Shown piece by piece: positions 1-8,234 of a DNA stretch of 35,266 nucleotides. Origin of the DNA: Pseudomonadota bacterium. GTDB lineage: Bacteria; Desulfobacterota; Desulfobacteria; Desulfobacterales; RPRI01. The notes below the pieces were generated by a model that saw only the letters and a list, made by a program, of their open reading frames with translations, was not told where the DNA came from and did not search any database. The first letter of the stretch is position 1. Each line of letters begins with the position of its first letter. Both the position numbers and the translations under genes were made by a program. The DNA is taken from assembly GCA_043825875.1 (NCBI GenBank), contig JBDRRF010000010.1, positions 1 to 35,266 on the forward strand, read 5' to 3'.

Positions 1-141
1 AGCCAGTTTCAAAACGCCCCATTTTGGCCGATCTCTGCGTTGGGCTCAAATTTCAATCCTCGAAATACTCTATGTATTCCTGTGGTTGAAATTTTCTCCC
101 GCCTTGAGCTTGACCAAACTGAAACGTTTTGAAAGTGGCTC
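1..141. mobile_element. MITE family A, copy 1 (first base cut by window edge)
   Basis: Terminal inverted repeats (G)AGCCAGTTTCAAAACG / CGTTTTGAAAGTGGCTC; internal hairpin AAATTTCAA...TTGAAATTT; near-identical to 6263-6400. Confidence 0.9.
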
Positions 142-212
142 TTATTTAATATGCTTTTTCAAGCTGCTGCTTTTTTATAATTATTGGGGCCCTCCACTGC
201 AAACAGCAGAGA

Positions 213-302
213 ATCATAGACAGCCTGCAATAAATGGCCGGAGAAACTGTAGCGAAAAGTACGGGCTGTTGCGTGCTTGCATATTCCTGCTTATTTTATT
301 GC
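213..302 (-). pseudogene. Fragment of an integron-integrase-like tyrosine recombinase (box II region)
   Basis: Manual translation AIK*AGICKHATARTFRYSFSGHLLQAVYD resembles the IntI/Xer pattern AGIxKxAxxHTFRHSFAxHLLxxxYD; both His of HTFRH altered and an in-frame stop present. Confidence 0.65.
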
Positions 303-426
303 GAAAAATCTGTCAATAGATTATATATACTTTTAAATTAATTTGATAAAATAACTTCAAGCTTTGCTTAGCCAAACAGAAATAGCAAAGCAATAATTTT
401 TGTATTATTAATCGGGAGGAGTAATA

Positions 427-1443
427 ATGAAATCTCCTGTAAGAAAATCGGCTTATCCGCAACCCCTTGAGATTTATTTAGGTATAGCTATTCTCCTGCT
501 TATTGCATTGATAGCAACTTTAATATTTTTTGAGCAGTTTCGCTATGATATACCTGATTTTACTACCGGCAATACTTTATATGAAACTTCCGGTCAGCCT
601 TCATCTGAAATATTAACAAAGAGTATCTTATCTTTTAATAATATGGAACCATTATCTTCTCCTGAAACTTTTAACGCAGAAAATCTTTCAGAAAAAATTA
701 ACGGCAAAGCCGAGTTATATCTTTCTGCCGGATTTAAAAGCCTGGCCTGCCAAAGATATAAAAAGCCGGATGATCCTGATTTATGGCTTGAAACATTTAT
801 TTACGACATGGGAAACATCATAAATTCTTTTGCAGTTTACAGCATGCAAAGAAGGGAATCCTCTTTAGATCTTGATGCGAGCAAGTTCTCATATAAAACG
901 GAAAACGCTATCTTTTTTATATGGAATAATTATTATGTTGAGATTGTATCTTCAAAACCATCAGAGTTTCTTATGGATTCTATGGTTGCTTTTGCTAAGG
1001 ATTTTATTAAAAAAACCGGGGGCAAACAAGAAACTATTTCCGAACTCAACATGTTTCCGACAGATAATCTTGATACAAAAAGCATTTCGCTTTTAACAAC
1101 AAATGCTTTTGGGTTTGATAGACTGAATATGGTTTTTACGGCGGATTACAAAATAAAAAATAATAAAATAAAAGCTTTTATTTCAAAAAGGGCGGATCAG
1201 TTGCAGGCAAAAGATCTTGCAAAAAATTATTCGGAATTTTTGGCTTTTCTTGGCGGCCAAACCATAAAACCGGATATTAAACTGGATGATTTAGCAATAA
1301 TTGAGATTATGGGCGAATATGAAATTATCTTTACAAACGGCTCTTTTCTTGCCGGGATACATTCCGCAAAAGATTTAAATGATGCAAAAGACCTTGCGTT
1401 TGTAATAAATAATAATCTGGAGAAAAATTCTCATGCCCGATAA
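427..1443 (+). CDS. Membrane-anchored hypothetical protein, DUF6599-like
   Basis: 338 aa, GGAGG RBS, N-terminal TM helix, LxEKINGKAELYLxxGF and FIYDMG motifs; overlaps the next gene. Confidence 0.65.
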   Translation: MKSPVRKSAYPQPLEIYLGIAILLLIALIATLIFFEQFRYDIPDFTTGNTLYETSGQPSSEILTKSILSFNNMEPLSSPETFNAENLSEKINGKAELYLSAGFKSLACQRYKKPDDPDLWLETFIYDMGNIINSFAVYSMQRRESSLDLDASKFSYKTENAIFFIWNNYYVEIVSSKPSEFLMDSMVAFAKDFIKKTGGKQETISELNMFPTDNLDTKSISLLTTNAFGFDRLNMVFTADYKIKNNKIKAFISKRADQLQAKDLAKNYSEFLAFLGGQTIKPDIKLDDLAIIEIMGEYEIIFTNGSFLAGIHSAKDLNDAKDLAFVINNNLEKNSHAR

Positions 1444-2428
1444 AAACGTGGATAAAGAAACGAGCAGAAGAGAGTTTATAATCAGATCTTCTAAAGCAGG
1501 GCTTCTGATCCTTTCATCCGGTATTACCGGATATCTTTTTTATAACAATCAGGATTCGGTTTCATCTGTTAAAGCAGAATCTATGACAGGGCTTCCTGAT
1601 TTTTCTATTAAGGAGAAAGCCGGTAAAATCGCAATTGCAAAAGGGGCCAACAGGGTTAAAACGATCAATCTTGCCCTAAAAGCCTTAGGCGGTATTGAAA
1701 CATTTATAAAAAAGGGTGACCGGGTACTTTTAAAAGTAAACGCTGCTTTTGCATCTCCTCCCATACTTTCTGCAACTACTAACCCTGAGCTTTTAAAAGA
1801 AATAATAAGATTGTGTTATGCGGCAGGAGCTGCATCTGTAGTTATTACGGACAATCCTATTAATGACCCTGTGTCATGTTTTTCACTTACCGGAATAGAA
1901 AATGCCGCAAAAAGTAAAGGAGCAAAAATAATACTTCCTGATAAGAGCTTTTTTGCTCCTTTATCAATTGAAGGTGGTAAACTGATTAAAGACTGGCCTG
2001 TTTTGTATAAACCGCTAATGAATGCCGATAAGGTTATAGGTATAGCCCCGTTAAAGGACCATCACAGAAGCGGAGCATCCATGACACTGAAAAACTGGTA
2101 CGGGCTTCTTGGCGGAAGAAGAAATATTTTTCACCAGGATATAAACAATATAATAAAAGAGCTTGCGATCATGGTTAAACCTACTCTTGTCATTCTTGAC
2201 GGGACAACAACCATGATGTCAAACGGGCCTACAGGCGGGTCACTGTCCGATTTAAAACAGACAAATACAATGATAGCAGGAACCGATCAGGTTGCCGTTG
2301 ATGCATATGGTGCAACACTTCTTGGCAAAAGAGTAGAAGAGCTTGCTTATATAGAAAAAGCGCATACCGCGGGAGTAGGTAATATGAACTACCGCATGCT
2401 GAATCCGGAGATAATAAACACTATATGA
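1433..2428 (+). CDS. DUF362 domain protein with Tat-like signal
   Basis: SRREFI twin-arginine leader; LGGIETFIKKGDRVLLKVN, KDH..SMTLKNWYG and DQVAVD motifs typical of DUF362. Confidence 0.85.
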   Translation: MPDKNVDKETSRREFIIRSSKAGLLILSSGITGYLFYNNQDSVSSVKAESMTGLPDFSIKEKAGKIAIAKGANRVKTINLALKALGGIETFIKKGDRVLLKVNAAFASPPILSATTNPELLKEIIRLCYAAGAASVVITDNPINDPVSCFSLTGIENAAKSKGAKIILPDKSFFAPLSIEGGKLIKDWPVLYKPLMNADKVIGIAPLKDHHRSGASMTLKNWYGLLGGRRNIFHQDINNIIKELAIMVKPTLVILDGTTTMMSNGPTGGSLSDLKQTNTMIAGTDQVAVDAYGATLLGKRVEELAYIEKAHTAGVGNMNYRMLNPEIINTI

Positions 2429-2632
2429 ACTATATAACTTATTGCGCGAACTATAGTAAAATTTAAAACCGGTAAAAAGTTAAAAGGATTGTGTGGGCCG
2501 GAAAAAATATTTCTTCCCAAAAAAGCCGGAACTTTTTAAAAGTAACGTCCACACGTTCTTGATGATGTGTATTTGTCAGAATTGAGAGTTGCAAATAGAA
2601 AGGTGTAAGTCGGTAGCATTTTGTTTCAAAAA

Positions 2633-2845
2633 TTATGCAAAGGCAAGGCGCCGTCCTTTAGGAGCAGGAATAGGATCATTAAATTCTTCCGCTGTCTTGA
2701 TCCAAAGTTCCATAGCAGATTTGATATTTGCTAAAGCCTTCTCATGTGTGTCACCATGTGCCATGCAGCCGGGGAGCTCAGGGATTTCCGCAATAAAAGC
2801 TTGATCCTCATTGCTCCAGTAAATAATAATTTCGTATCTATCCAT
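2633..2845 (-). CDS. hicB: Type II TA antitoxin, HicB family (short form)
   Basis: YEIIIYWSNEDQAFIAEIPELPGCMAHGDTHEKAL...DPIPAP; start overlaps the hicA stop. Confidence 0.9.
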   Translation of the reverse strand: MDRYEIIIYWSNEDQAFIAEIPELPGCMAHGDTHEKALANIKSAMELWIKTAEEFNDPIPAPKGRRLAFA

Positions 2846-3099
2846 TAATCTTTATCTCCTAATTTATATTTGATAATTAAGTTACGAACCTGCCGAACTT
2901 GATAGGGTTTGGCCTTATTTCCGTCTTTTTGTAAATTCACTTTTTCTTCAACATCGTCTTTTCTGAATACGTGATGGCTTCCTTTAACCCGCATCTCAAA
3001 CCCGAAGTGTTTTAGTAGATTGATTAAATTCGAGAAAAGGATGTTTGCGTCACTTGTACCGCGCAATATTTGAAATATCAGCTTTTCATATTTTCCCAT
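2845..3099 (-). CDS. hicA: Type II TA toxin, HicA family
   Basis: LKHFGFEMRVKGSHHVF and AKPYQVRQV motifs; directly upstream of hicB. Confidence 0.9.
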   Translation of the reverse strand: MGKYEKLIFQILRGTSDANILFSNLINLLKHFGFEMRVKGSHHVFRKDDVEEKVNLQKDGNKAKPYQVRQVRNLIIKYKLGDKD

Positions 3100-3105
3100 A
3101 CTGAA

Positions 3106-3134
3106 AGTTTACAATTCAAATTTGTTAAGTGCAA
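3106..3134 (-). promoter_or_regulatory. Sigma70-like promoter of hicAB
   Basis: TTGCAC-17 bp-TAAACT ending 7 nt before the hicA ATG. Confidence 0.55.
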
Positions 3135-3330
3135 TATCAATTTTATATTTACATCGAAGCTTGTTATATTAATTTTTGTTTTCAGGGAAAAAAGTTAGCA
3201 CTGGGAAGAATATATGCCTTTGCCGTAATCTTGGTTATAAGTTGTCTATTAATTTCACTTGCAAAGAAATACTGCCGGATTCTTTAGAAACTGTTTATTA
3301 CGTAGGGAAAGTAAGTAACGCTATCAATTA

Positions 3331-3438
3331 TTAAAAACTGAAAGAAACATGTTCACCGGTGCTATCGCCAGCTACAGAAAATGATGGGAGAATACATAAT
3401 ATAAACAACAATATATATCTTATGATCAACTTTAACAT
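3331..3438 (-). pseudogene. Truncated secreted-protein gene following an attI-like site
   Basis: GGAGA RBS, then MLKLIIRYILLFILCILPSFSVAGDSTGEHVSFSF* (signal-peptide-like, stops after 35 aa). Confidence 0.45.
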
Positions 3439-3461
3439 ATAGTCTCCAGTGTTCATTTTTC

Positions 3462-3486
3462 GCACAACAAGTTATTGGACAGTTTC
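3462..3486 (-). other. attI-like simple recombination site A
   Basis: GAAACT-GTCCAAT-AACTT-GTTGTGC: inverted L box, 5-bp spacer, GTT core. Confidence 0.45.
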
Positions 3487-3907
3487 TGTTCAATACCGGA
3501 AAATTTAAAATATTTAATTTCCAAATTTAAGTTATCAAAATATATATCAAATTTGTTTAATATTCAATTTGCGTTCATAGAAGGTTAACTGTTCAATAAC
3601 GATATTTTCTTTATCGATCAGACAAATTATTATCATGATTTACGTTTAAAATCTATAACTTTCACGAAAATATCCGATTAACTGCTTCCAGCCAATAAGG
3701 ATTATCCTTTGAAAGGAAGTACGCTTTCCAAAATTGCTGAGATCAGTCAGATTACCCACCATCGGTAGTGCGGGTTGTTTCGGTAACAACGTCAGCATTG
3801 CCCAGCTAATAAAAACTTTCCTTCAAATACTGTTATCGGTTGACTGAATTAGCTTGCATGACGTATCATTATAAGTCTTGATTGGATATCAAAAAGAGGA
3901 GAGTGCA

Positions 3908-4093
3908 ATGGGATCTTTGGATGAACATATACTAAGAACGGCAAAGGAAATAGTTGTAAAGTTTATTGAAACCGGCAGGATTTCTCCCACAGGTTTTAAT
4001 GAATCATTTAAGGCTATTTATAAATCTGTTGAAGAAGCTGTTAAAGGCGATGAAAATAATGCCGGAAAAGACGAAGAAAACTTGACACGATAA
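3908..4093 (+). CDS. Small conserved hypothetical protein (61 aa)
   Basis: ATG at 3908 after GAGGAG; TAKEIVVKFIETGRISP amphipathic motif. Confidence 0.75.
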   Translation: MGSLDEHILRTAKEIVVKFIETGRISPTGFNESFKAIYKSVEEAVKGDENNAGKDEENLTR

Positions 4094-4220
4094 GTATATT
4101 GTCTTAAAAATCAAACCTTCATAAGCTTTATGATCGATAATCCGTAAAGTTTGATAATGGTTCATATATGCTTATCCTCCATATAAATTGTGACATTTTA
4201 TCAAATTGTAGCCTAATGAC

Positions 4221-6254
4221 ATGAAAAAAGACAAGATAAACAAAATCAGAAATATCGGAGTTATTGCTCATATTGATGCGGGCAAGACAACTGTGACTGA
4301 GCGAATACTGTATTATACCGGCCGTTCTTACAAAATAGGAGAAGTGCATGACGGCGAAGCAGTAATGGACTGGATGCAGGATGAGCAGGAACGCGGTATT
4401 ACGATTACTTCTGCGGTTACCACATGTATTTGGGATGGAAAAGATATACAGATTATAGATACTCCCGGTCATGTTGATTTTACAATTGAAGTTGAGCGAT
4501 CACTAAGAGTGCTTGATGGTGCTGTAGGTGTTTTTTGCGCAGTAGGAGGTGTTGAACCGCAATCTGAAACAGTATGGCGTCAGGCTGATAAATATAAAGT
4601 TCCCAAAATTGCTTTCATTAATAAGCTGGACAGAATCGGTGCCGATTATCTGGGAACGATAGATATGATGAAAGAAAGGCTCCATGCAAATACGCTTATT
4701 CTCCAGATTCCTGTCGGATCTGAAGGAGATTTTGCCGGAGTAATAGATCTTGTCGGTATGAAGCAGATAATATGGGATAACGAATCTCTTGGCGCTACAT
4801 TTTCTAAAAATGACATCTCTGCCGATCTTCTTGAAAATGCTTTGGAATTTAAGGAAAAACTTATAGAAACCCTTTCTGAAGTTGACGATGAGATTATGGA
4901 AGCCTATTTATCCGAAACTCCTATATCAGAAGAATTGCTCATTTCTTCCATAAGAAAAGCAACTGTTAATCTTAAAATAGTTCCTGTCCTTTGCGGGTCG
5001 GCATTGAGAAACAAGGGTATACAACCTCTTTTAGACGCTATCGTAAATTATCTTCCCAGTCCTCTTGAAGTTGCTTCTGTACAAGGAATTCACCCTGAAA
5101 CCGGAGAAACTTTGTTATTTGAAGCCAAGGATAATGGTCCGCTAGCTGCATTGATATTTAAAGTATCTTTAATGGAAGGGCGCAAGGTTTCATTTGTAAG
5201 AGTTTACAGCGGAACTTTAAAAACAGGAGCAGAGGTATATAACCCTTCGCGTAAAATAAAGGAAAAACTTTCCCGTATATTAAAAATGCATGCCGGGAAA
5301 AGAGACCGCATAGAAGAAGCAGGCGCCGGAAGCATTGTAGGGGTAGTCGGCCTAAAAACATCTTCAACCGGAGAAACTCTTTGTTCTTCCAATTACCCTG
5401 TTTTACTGGAAAATATTGAATTTTATGAGCCTGTCATATCTATAGCTATTGAACCAAAAACTCATGCTGACCAGGAAAAACTCGATGAGGTTTTAACAAA
5501 GTTTTCAGATGAAGATCCGACATTGAGAGTTCGCAAAGATGAAGATACGGGGCAAACAATTTTATCCGGTATGGGAGAACTTCATCTTGAGATAATAATC
5601 AGCCGTATGATGAGAGAATATAACACAGGTGTCAATGTCGGAAAGCCTCAGGTTATGTACAGGGAAACCATAGCTGCTGAATCTGAAGGCTCTGCTATTT
5701 TTGACAGGGAAATTGCGGGACAGCATCATTTCGGAGAAGTAAGCTTGATGCTTAAGCCTCTCAGCCGGGGAAGCGGCAATAAATTTGCAGTTGATATGAA
5801 AGATACTTCTGCTATTCCTGAAGCATTTATACCCTTTATTGAAAAAGGTGTGTTTGAAGCATTTGAAAGTGGCACAATCATGGGATATCCTGTTGTAGAT
5901 GTTAAAGCTGTGGTTACCGGGGGTTCTTTTAAGGAATCACTTGGAAGCGAGATATCTTTTAAGGTAAGTGCTGCAATGGCCTGCAAGGATGCTCTTACTA
6001 AAAGCGAACCATTTCTGCTTGAACCGATCATGGATACCGAGATATTTGTTCCTGAAGCTTTCATGGGTGATATAATAGGCGATTTGAATTCACGGGGTGG
6101 AAAAATTGAATCTATCAGCGCAAGAGCGGGAATACATGTGTTAAAAGCAACTGTGCCTCTTTCGCGTATGTTTGGTTATTCTACTTCAATAAGATCGGCA
6201 ACTCAAGGCAGGGGAACGTTTAGCATGCAGTTTTCCCGCTTTGACCACACATAA
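4221..6254 (+). CDS. fusA: Elongation factor G paralog (EF-G2-like)
   Basis: [32 protein letters not shown] and GMGELHLEI motifs; not in an rpsL-rpsG-tuf context. Confidence 0.93.
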   Translation: MKKDKINKIRNIGVIAHIDAGKTTVTERILYYTGRSYKIGEVHDGEAVMDWMQDEQERGITITSAVTTCIWDGKDIQIIDTPGHVDFTIEVERSLRVLDGAVGVFCAVGGVEPQSETVWRQADKYKVPKIAFINKLDRIGADYLGTIDMMKERLHANTLILQIPVGSEGDFAGVIDLVGMKQIIWDNESLGATFSKNDISADLLENALEFKEKLIETLSEVDDEIMEAYLSETPISEELLISSIRKATVNLKIVPVLCGSALRNKGIQPLLDAIVNYLPSPLEVASVQGIHPETGETLLFEAKDNGPLAALIFKVSLMEGRKVSFVRVYSGTLKTGAEVYNPSRKIKEKLSRILKMHAGKRDRIEEAGAGSIVGVVGLKTSSTGETLCSSNYPVLLENIEFYEPVISIAIEPKTHADQEKLDEVLTKFSDEDPTLRVRKDEDTGQTILSGMGELHLEIIISRMMREYNTGVNVGKPQVMYRETIAAESEGSAIFDREIAGQHHFGEVSLMLKPLSRGSGNKFAVDMKDTSAIPEAFIPFIEKGVFEAFESGTIMGYPVVDVKAVVTGGSFKESLGSEISFKVSAAMACKDALTKSEPFLLEPIMDTEIFVPEAFMGDIIGDLNSRGGKIESISARAGIHVLKATVPLSRMFGYSTSIRSATQGRGTFSMQFSRFDHT

Positions 6255-6262
6255 ATTCTATG

Positions 6263-6400
6263 GAGCCAGTTTCAGCCCCATTTTGGCCGATCTCTGCGTT
6301 GGGCTCAAATTTCAATCCTCGAAATACTAAATGTATTCCTGTGGTTGAAATTTTCTCCCGCCTTGAGCTTGACCAAACTGAAACGTTTTGAAAGTGGCTC
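6263..6400. mobile_element. MITE family A, copy 2
   Basis: Near-identical to 1-141 with 4 bp missing from the left TIR; flanked by TATG direct repeats (6259-6262, 6401-6404). Confidence 0.9.
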
Positions 6401-6507
6401 TATGGTATAAAAAGTGCGACGGATTGGTTACCAGCAAGAACATCGCTGAAATTTTACTTGATAAAGAGATATTGTTCATCGCTAAATAATAAAAAAGGAG
6501 GATCTAC

Positions 6508-6717
6508 ATGGGATTTTCAGGTGACTCAACTTTAAAGGAAGTGTTGGAAAATAAAGAAGGTAAAGCAATCCTGGAGAAACATATTCCGGGAAGCACGACT
6601 AATCCGATGCTGAAAATGGGGTATACCATGTCATTGGACCTGATAGCAAGTTTGCCTCAGGCCGGTATAAGTAAAGAAGCGTATAAGGCAATACTCGATG
6701 ACCTGAGCAAGTTATAA
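6508..6717 (+). CDS. Small hypothetical protein (69 aa)
   Basis: Strong AGGAGG RBS; STLKEVLENKEGKAILEKHIPG helical pattern. Confidence 0.75.
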   Translation: MGFSGDSTLKEVLENKEGKAILEKHIPGSTTNPMLKMGYTMSLDLIASLPQAGISKEAYKAILDDLSKL

Positions 6718-6838
6718 GCCACCCCCCAAAACTCCGATTCCGGTAATGTGCTCTGTTCCGTTTTGATAGGGACAGGGTAGCAATCATATTAAAGTCCAAG
6801 CGCAACTGGATGCTTTTGTCTTCGCCCCCGATGTTTTC

Positions 6839-8218
6839 TCATCCTTGGACTTTTTTATACTCCTTATTCTTTTTTAATTTTCTCCATCCAAACCAGAACA
6901 ATCCTGCAAGGGCAACTATAAAGTAGAATGGGAATCCCATCAATGATTTAACAAAAACAATATCTTCAAGTTCAGGCCCGGATAATCCGGGTAGGACATT
7001 TGATGTCTGTTCGCGTAAATAAGCCAGAAAACCTGCGTACAATAACCCCATAACGCCGTATGCCAGATTAAAAGACAAACCCTTAAAACTAAGTACGGTT
7101 GCACGCTGTTCCGATGCGGTCAGGGGATTAAGATAATAACTTTGCAAATAAGTATTCACATACATAATGCAAAAAAGAAGTATTGCCGGAATCAGTCCGT
7201 AATAAGGAATCATCATCAACATGCCTGCCAGACCGGCTATAGAAAGAATACTCATGATATACACATTGGAAAGCGGGGTATATGTCTGCCCCATTTTGCG
7301 GGCTATTTTCGGGATAAAAAGTCCGAAAAAAGCGAGTATGGCTGCAATCAATCCAAAGGATGCCTCAGGCAGATTAATAAGCCTGTAATACTCACTGTTT
7401 AAGGTGATGATTACTCTGATCCAGTGATCAAAGAACAACCCGGCCAGAATAATCATCATAACAAACGGTGTTTGCAATATCCATTGGCCTGCTTTCAGTG
7501 TTAATTTGAAAGCTTCCCTAATCGGTTTGCCCGTTTTTGCCCCGTCAATTCGCCTATTGGTTTCAATGCTGTCTGATTCTATCATTTTCAGTGAAACTGC
7601 AAGCGTACCTAAAGCCATTGCAAGCGTCAAATACAGCGGAAAACGCATAGTGATACCTTGATTTAACTGAACCCGCAGGCCTGCAAAATCCGCAATCTTT
7701 TGCATTAAATCCGGATCGTAAACCAAAGCCCCAAGGATCATAACACCCATCCGTACCATGGCACCGTAGCGCATCTGAATTTCTAAGACTTTTGGCCATT
7801 CAGCAGCGCGATCCAGTTTTTTTAACGTATCATAGGCAATGGCTTCATCAGCCCCGCTTGCACAAGCCTCCGCTGAACCGCTCAATATCCGGTTGATCAG
7901 AAAAATGACAAACAGAAGCGTAATATTTCCCCGTGGAGCAAAACAAAGCAGTGATATTTCAACAACCATAATAACCGCAGCAGATACCACCAGGTTACGG
8001 CGGCCGATAATATCCGCCAAGGCACCTGAAGGAACTTCTAAAATCACAATGCTTAATGCCCAGGCCACGTTGAGCAATGCAAACTGTTCAAGGGTTAATC
8101 CGAAATCCAGAAATAAAATCGCAAAAACAGGATAATAAAAGCGGGCATTGAACATGATCCGGAACATAATAAACAACCGAACATTACGGATTTTAAGAAG
8201 AGGGCTTTGATTGTGCAA
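6839..8218 (-). CDS. MFS transporter
   Basis: Many hydrophobic segments; LEVPSGALADIIGRR (motif A), SGADEAIAYD, RATVLS. Confidence 0.9.
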   Translation of the reverse strand: MHNQSPLLKIRNVRLFIMFRIMFNARFYYPVFAILFLDFGLTLEQFALLNVAWALSIVILEVPSGALADIIGRRNLVVSAAVIMVVEISLLCFAPRGNITLLFVIFLINRILSGSAEACASGADEAIAYDTLKKLDRAAEWPKVLEIQMRYGAMVRMGVMILGALVYDPDLMQKIADFAGLRVQLNQGITMRFPLYLTLAMALGTLAVSLKMIESDSIETNRRIDGAKTGKPIREAFKLTLKAGQWILQTPFVMMIILAGLFFDHWIRVIITLNSEYYRLINLPEASFGLIAAILAFFGLFIPKIARKMGQTYTPLSNVYIMSILSIAGLAGMLMMIPYYGLIPAILLFCIMYVNTYLQSYYLNPLTASEQRATVLSFKGLSFNLAYGVMGLLYAGFLAYLREQTSNVLPGLSGPELEDIVFVKSLMGFPFYFIVALAGLFWFGWRKLKKNKEYKKVQG

Positions 8219-8234
8219 CAGAATTTTCCTTAAT

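Noticed and set aside
86..319. 77-aa plus-strand ORF
   Set aside because: Starts inside MITE A and runs antisense to the integrase relic; no RBS or recognisable motif
2431..2453. Minus-strand AGTTC-GCGCAAT-AA-GTTATAT as a fourth attI-like site
   Set aside because: Spacer is 2 bp rather than 5, and it points into the end of a convergent gene
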